Shown piece by piece: positions 57,537 to 64,000 of a stretch of 64,000 nucleotides of DNA (position 1 is its first letter; the number at the start of each line of letters is the position of its first letter). This DNA is from the human T2T-CHM13v2.0 reference genome, Homo sapiens. The stretch lies in assembly GCF_009914755.1 (NCBI RefSeq), contig NC_060932.1; one strand, written 5' to 3'. The notes beneath the pieces are model-generated. The model was not told where the DNA came from, searched no databases, and saw only the letters and a program-made list of their open reading frames with translations. The position numbers were made by a program, and so were the translations under genes.

Positions 57537-58285
57537 TATAATGTCCTTCTTGTTTTATAGTTTTTGGCTTGAAGCCTACTTTAAATATAGGTACTCCTGC
57601 TCTCTTTTGGTTTTCATTTGCATGAAATATCATTTTCTATCCCTCGCTCTCAGTCTATATGTATTCTTAAAGGTGAAGTAAATCTCTTGTAGGCAGCATA
57701 TAGTTGAGTCTTTTATTTTTAATCCATTCTACCACTCTATGCCTTTCAGTTAAATAATTTATGGCATTTACATTCCAAGTAATTGTTGATAGATAAGGAC
57801 TTACCACTGCCATTTTGTTGTTTTCTAGTTGTTTTATAGGTTCTTTGTTTCTTTCTTCCTTTTTTATTGTTTTCCTTTTTGATTAGGTGTTTCTCTCTAG
57901 CAGTATATCTTGATTCCTTCTTATCTTTTGCATATCTACTGTGGGTTTTTTGTTTATGGTTATTATAAAATATCTTATAACAGACTATTTTAAGCTGATA
58001 ACAACTTAACTATAATCACATAAAACAACATTACACTTTTCTATACACCCTCGTTTTAAATTTTTGATGTCATGATTTACATATTTTTATATTGTTCATC
58101 CCTTTACAAATTATCATAACTATTGTGATTTTGAAGAATTTTACCATTTAACTTTCATACTAATAATATGAGTAATTTATATACCACCATTACAGTTCTA
58201 AAGTATTATGAATTTGACTATGTACTTATTTCTACCAGTGAGTTGTACTTTCTTATGTTTTTGTGTTACTAATTAGCATCTTTTC

Positions 58286-58423
58286 CTCTCAGCTTAATTT
58301 CCTTTAGCATTTCTTGTAAGACAGGACTCCTAGTGATGAGCTCCCTCAGCTTTTTCTCTCAGCTTAAATTCCTTTAGCATTTCTTATAAGAAAGGATTCC
58401 TGGTGATGAACTCCCTTAGCTTT
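58286..58423. repeat. 70-bp tandem duplication within L1
   Basis: ctctcagcttaa.ttcctttagcatttctt.taaga.agga.tcct.gtgatga.ctccct.agcttt, two copies. Confidence 0.92.
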
Positions 58424-61400
58424 GTTTGTATGTTTTAAATTTTTCTCTTTGTCATTTTTGAAGGGTAGATTTGCTGGGTGCAATATTCTTGGTTGTTAGG
58501 AGTTTTACTTTCAGTGTTTTGCAGATATCATCCTCTCTGTCAGCCTTTATGACTTCTGCTGAGAAATCTGTTGCCAGTGTTACTGAAGCACTCTTATATA
58601 TTATTTGCTTCTATTCTCCTTGCTGCTTTTAAGATTACCTTTGTCTCTTTAAATTAGAGAATTCTCTGTTAAATTTCTCATTTTGTCACTTATTATTTTC
58701 CTAACTGTATTTTTTTGGGGGGATGTTCTTGAAGTTTGCTGAGTTTCCTTAAAGCAACTATTTTGAACTCTTCTCAATCATTTCATATATTTTCAGTTTT
58801 TGGGGATCACCTACTGAAAGATTATTATTTTAGTTGAATTACGTCTTTGTTTTATTTATTTATTTTTTTGCTTTATGTTGATGTTTGTGCATTTGAATTT
58901 GAGACTTATTCCAGTACTTGTGAACTGGGTTGTCCGAGAAAGCCTTTCAGCATTCAATTCATCCACAGATTTTGGGCAGGTTCTCAGTTGTAGTTTGGGG
59001 GAAGGTTTGCTGCTGAAGCTGTCTGTCAGGTTGTCCTGGTGCCACAGACAGCAGGTAGAACCTGGATCCTCAGGGCTTGTGCTGGAAACTGTATCCACCT
59101 GCTTGGGCCTATTGATTGAGCCTATGAATATCAGTTGGAGTCTGGGTTTTCAACTACAGGACTGAAATCTGTGTTGTGTGAGGAGAAGAGGAACAGCCTG
59201 ATGCCTGGACCTACAGTGTCTGAACTGGTGCTGGAGTAGGGCATGAACTTGAGTCCACAGAAGATGGCCTGGCACTGGGATGGGCCCAGAGCCTGAATTC
59301 ATGGGAGCAGGCCTGAAGCCTGAATTTGCAGGGGTTATCATAACTACTCAGCCCCTCAGGGCCAACCTGGGACCACTTGATTCACTTGGTGAACACAGAC
59401 CTTGGCTCTATTAGCACATAGTTGGACTCTGTGTCCTCTGGAGACTATAACCACAAGGACTGATTGGATCCTGGAGCAAGCTTAGTGCTGAGGCAGGCAT
59501 AAAACTTGTATTCACAGGAGCTGGTCTACAGCCTGAGATTGCAGGTGCTGGCCTGGTACTCAGAGCCACAGAGGGTTACCTGGAGCCCAGGGCTGTGGGT
59601 ACAAGCCTAGCACTTGAATATGCAGTTGCTGGCCTGGAGACTGGGTCTGCAAGTGCTGCCCTGTGTCTGGGGGCCATGGTTGCTAGTCTGGAACCTGGGT
59701 CCATGGGGCCAGTCCAGCAATGGGGTGTACTGGAACAGGCCTGGACTCTGGGTCTGCTGGATTTTAAGGGCATAGGAAACAGCCTGGCATAGTGCAGGCC
59801 TGGAACTTGTATTTGCATGTGTCAGCTAGCTGCAGGTGTCACCTCCACTTGCCGGCTTGCCTAAAGGATGTTTCACAGATTCTGGATTTGATGACTAGGT
59901 CTGTATGAGCTTGGCTAGTGCTGGGGTGAGCCTGAAGTCTGGGGCTGTGGAGGCCAGCCAGGTGCTGGAAGTGGAAATATACTTATCCCTGTGGTTTTAT
60001 AAAGACCCCGCTACTCACCCCAGGGCTATTGGGAACATCCTGAAGCCTTATTCTGTGGGGACTGGCCTCACAGAGGGACCTTGTCAGAAACCTGGGACTA
60101 CTTGGGTCACCCTGGGTGGGTAGGTCCAGAGGCTAAGTCTGTTATGCAGGCATAGAGTCTGCATACTTTATAGTATCACTATTCCTATATTCTTACATTA
60201 TCCCAATTCCTAAGATGAGGTATCTCTGGTGTCTCCTCTGAGTTTTGTTGGAATTAATGAAGTCTATCCACTCTGGTTAGGCCAGAATTTCAGCACTCAG
60301 AGAAATTCAGTAGTTCTTCCCACTTTTATCTTTTTAGAAGTCAATAGGAACCTAACCTGCACATGTGTTGTTCAACTCTTAGCCAAATAAGCCCTTGGAA
60401 CCCCACCATACACACAGAGACTTCTGGGACCCTCTTCTGAATAGCTCCCTCCTTTCAAGAATGCTGCTCTGCAAATTTCAGTTACTTCAGTAGACCCATC
60501 TTGTTGCCTTTTTCACTCAGTGCTCAGTTTGGGCTCTACATCCTGTGACACACTCAGGAAATATTCAAAAGTTAGAGAGCCTGTATTAACTCAGTGTCCG
60601 CCTTGTCTCTTTAAATTCCTTCTGTTACTGAATTTTTTTGGGGGGTGAAGAGAACTTTCTTACTCAAGGTCATGCCTCCTTCAGAGACTTTCAGTTACTT
60701 TTCTCTGTGCTGTGGGCTTATGTATGTCCCACTACTCGCCCCAGGGAGACAATTATGAAATGTTATCACATCATTAAGCTCCCTACAGAAAATATTGAGC
60801 ACCCTGGTTCAATTTCTCTCCTTATTCAATCCTGCCTCCTTTCTGTCCTCTTACAAGTTGTTTTCCCAAGAGCACTCTCTACTATACTTCCTACATGCTA
60901 ATATCCTGGGAAACACTTCTGTGACAAGTATTTCCCTCAAATAATTCTTGTAAAGAATAAATAATGCATGCTAAGTACATACACTATCTGAGCTCATAAA
61001 CTGCTCTCAATCATTACTTATCACAATTATTATTGAATTCTTATTACTTGAAATGTAACTCACCTTTCAGTTATGGACTATGTTAATTTTTAAATGCAGA
61101 AAACTTCGACTGCATCTTTGAGCATTACTTATTTGACTTAGATGCTTTACTATTTTGGATTCAAATTTTCAGGTTAAATGTATTTTTTAAAAAATAAAAA
61201 TAAGGTAATAACATGGTAAGAGTTATTCTTTCAAAAGAAAAGTAATTCACTTGTGCTGTGAGTGATATAAATACTGTCAATTCATTAGTAAATAAATTAT
61301 TCCATCAAGGAAGGTAATACTATGTATTCAATATAAACCTCTTGATATTAGAGGCTTATATATTTTATTCCAATGAGTAAAGAGTTTTGCCAATTTTTGT

Positions 61401-61431
61401 ATACAATACTCTTTTCCCTTTACTTAATGTC

Positions 61432-61830
61432 TTTATTAGACTTTTTATTTGTATTTCTATAAAGAAATCTGGGTAATTTAGGAAGAAAAGAGGTTTAATT
61501 TTTCCATGGTTCTGGAGGTTGTACAAGCATGGCACCAGTATCTGCTTGGCTTTAGCTTATAACCATGGTGAAGTCAAAGGAAGAGCTGGCATATCACATG
61601 ACAATAAAGGAAGCAAGAGAGAGAGAAGATGGTGTCAGACTTCTTTAAACAACCAGCTCTCACATAAACCAATAGATTAAGAACTCACTTATTACCATGA
61701 GGACAGCACGAAGCCCTTCATGAGAGATCTGCTCCCATGACCCAAACACCTCTTACTAGGTCCATCTCTAACATTGGAGGTAACATTTCAACATAGGATT
61801 TGGAGGAGATAAAATATCCAAACCATATCA
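61432..61830 (-). mobile_element. MST (MSTB/MSTA-like) MaLR solo LTR
   Basis: 'aagaaaagaggtttaatt', 'cttctttaaacaaccagctctc', 'cccatgacccaaacacctc'; ends atccaaaccatatca. Confidence 0.88.
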
Positions 61831-62387
61831 CACTTCTCCTATAGGAATTAGTCAGTAAATGTGAATTTATTTTCTCCTTAATCATCAATTATAGTATATG
61901 ACTTTGCTGCTGCTTGAAATGTTCTCCTTGAATATTACAAACAAATCTATTATTGGTAGCCTTCAGGATTCCACTTAAGTCTCTTTTCTCTCCAATAAAA
62001 CATTTTAGACTAATCTTAATTTAGGCAGATATTTATTCTATAATCTCACCAATACTTTTAGTTTCTCTTTTACCTACTTAATCTATAGGATTCTCAATTT
62101 CTTTCTCAATCAAATGAATATTTTCTCCTTATACTAACTTCTATCTCTAACAATTGAGAGTTCTACTTTCCCAATAGTAAGAAATTATATTATGAATATC
62201 TTTTAGGAGAATTCCATATCATTTTGTTGGCTGTGAGTTCTTTGGCGAGTGATAGCGCAGGGATAATTAGGTTAAGTTACAAATCGTTGGAGTCCTAGTC
62301 AATTGTTCTTTGCCGTAGACATAGACTACACCATCAACCCAGGATAAATCATGACAAAAATAAATATTTTGTTTATTAAGAAATGTG

Positions 62388-62580
62388 GCACTGGGAACAA
62401 TGGTTCGTGTCTATAAACCTAGCACTTTGGGAGGCTGAGCCAGGAGGATCTCTTGAATCAACAAGGTCGAGGCTACAGTGAGCCATGTTTATACCACTGC
62501 ACTCCAGCCTGGGTGACAGAGTGGGGCCCTGTCTGATAAAACAAAAACAAAAACAAAACAAACAAACAAACAAACAAAAA
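62388..62580 (+). mobile_element. Alu monomer (FRAM/AluJ-like) with (AAAC)n tail
   Basis: A single ~150-nt arm followed by aaaac/aaac repeats. Confidence 0.88.
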
Positions 62581-63371
62581 CTATGGGAGAGAGAGAAGAG
62601 AAATTACTAAGAAAATCTAAAATAAAAATGAAAAAAATTCAAAGATACACAGGGCACATTTTTAGCCGACAAATAAGAACATTAATAATTTGATGTGTTT
62701 TTTTAATCACCTTTGTTCATCTTTCACTAACACTGTATTCATGCTTTCTAAAATAAAGTCATGTAACACAAATCATACATATTCTTTCTTTTTTAGTATG
62801 CATACATTTTATTTAGTTAAACAGTCATATATTTCAGTTAAAATCTCTGGGGAACTATAAAACTACAACAATCTTTTCAGAGTTAAAGAAAAATTATGTA
62901 GATATATTCCTTCACTACTTTTTGAAAAAAAAGAAGCAAAATGAGCTGTTTGTATTCATAATTTGATATTTACAAAATAACTCTCTTGTCCCCTAGGAGG
63001 ATCTTGGGAAAAGATTCAGGATGATCAAATCTTTGGAAAGATAGAGGGTCAAAATGACATTTCCTTGAGGCCCAAAGCTGAGGAGTCCAGAGAGTCACTT
63101 CTATATTGAAAACTTTCAAATACCTATGAGTTGGCTGAAGTTCAATGATTCCAATGAGATTTTTCCAGTAAATGTGTCATATTCATTTGTTAGTTTAGAT
63201 AAACAACTACTTTTCTTCATATCCTTGATAAAAGAAAGATGGGACTATAGTGAAATAATAACAGCATTCTGTCGCCCTGGATGTTAGCCCAGAATGAGAG
63301 TGTAAGCCAATATATATTTCTGTGTAAGGATAAAATAAAAAAAAATCACAAATGCGTTATTGGAATACTAA

Positions 63372-64000
63372 TTATTTTTATTGTGTGATAAGTTACAAAC
63401 AATAAAGTTTACAAACATTAAGTGCACGGTTGAAAGTTTTTACATTTGTATATATCTATGTGCAACTACTACTTCAGTGAAGATATAGAACATTTCTGGC
63501 AACAAAAGGTTCCCAAACAGTAAATCCCACAAGAATAATGTTTCTTCTGACTTCCCCATAGGTTACATTAGCCTGTATTTGAGCTTAGTATAATGGAAAT
63601 TACAAATTAAAAATTCATTTATAAATTGTTTCCATAAAAGTTGTATGTGATATTCATCTATGTTGCATACAATAATTATTTCTATTCCATGGTTCTGTAA
63701 TAATGCAATGTACAAATATATCACAATATTTTTACCTATTTTATTATGGGCAGTTGTTTCTGAATTGTCACTATCACGAATGAGGCCATTATTAATATTT
63801 TTGAATTTTGGGAGTGAATATAAGCATTCATTTCTGATCCAGGTAAGAAATTGCTGAGTTATACATAGGCTCAACTTTAGTAAGTAAAGTCCACCAATAT
63901 TTCAAAGCAATTATACTATTTTGCACTTTCAGTAGAATTGTAAGAGAATTCCACTTGCTCTAAATCGTCACTAACAATTGGATTTAAAATTCTTCTTAAT
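63372..64000 (-). mobile_element. L1ME/MD-type 3' UTR fragment
   Basis: 'aagatatagaacatttct', 'gaaattgctgagttata', 'gcaattatactattttgcactttcagtag'. Confidence 0.65.

Larger units (their letters stand above)
53820..60560 (-). mobile_element. Near-full-length old L1MA/L1M element (3' UTR, ORF2, spacer, ORF1 remnant, repeat-rich 5' UTR) with internal deletions
   Basis: Collinear antisense L1: 3' UTR ~53820-54500; ORF2 including 'ccatctgcaaacagagacaattt' (FAD motif) at ~55910; EN start 'ctcttgtaggcagcatatagttg' at ~57685; GC-richer repeated 5' region 59000-60150. The 5' boundary is uncertain. Confidence 0.8.

Overview
This is eukaryotic DNA, not microbial. It is AT-rich, gene-poor primate sequence; AluY and L1PA3-5 elements point to a catarrhine, probably human or another ape. 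I found no intact protein-coding gene, RNA gene or CRISPR array. The long ORFs in the track come from Alu, L1 or LTR sequence or are chance ORFs. Roughly half the window is interspersed repeat. The main elements are: a two-LTR, pol-deleted ERV1 provirus of MER66 type (6922-12750) with a tRNA-His-like PBS, a PPT and recognisable gag/pro/IN/env remnants; solo or partial LTRs (MER52, MER4A1, MER61A, MST, MLT1); several L1PA and L1M copies, including two 5'-inverted copies, one apparent subfamily chimera and one near-full-length old L1M; Alus; MADE1; MER47/Tigger5; MIR/L2; and microsatellites. Family names come from my recall of consensus sequences, not a database search, and boundaries of old elements are approximate. 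I found no convincing previously undescribed biological system. The most notable signals are mutational and retrotranspositional footprints, a CpG-retaining LTR and one recursive-splice-like motif.
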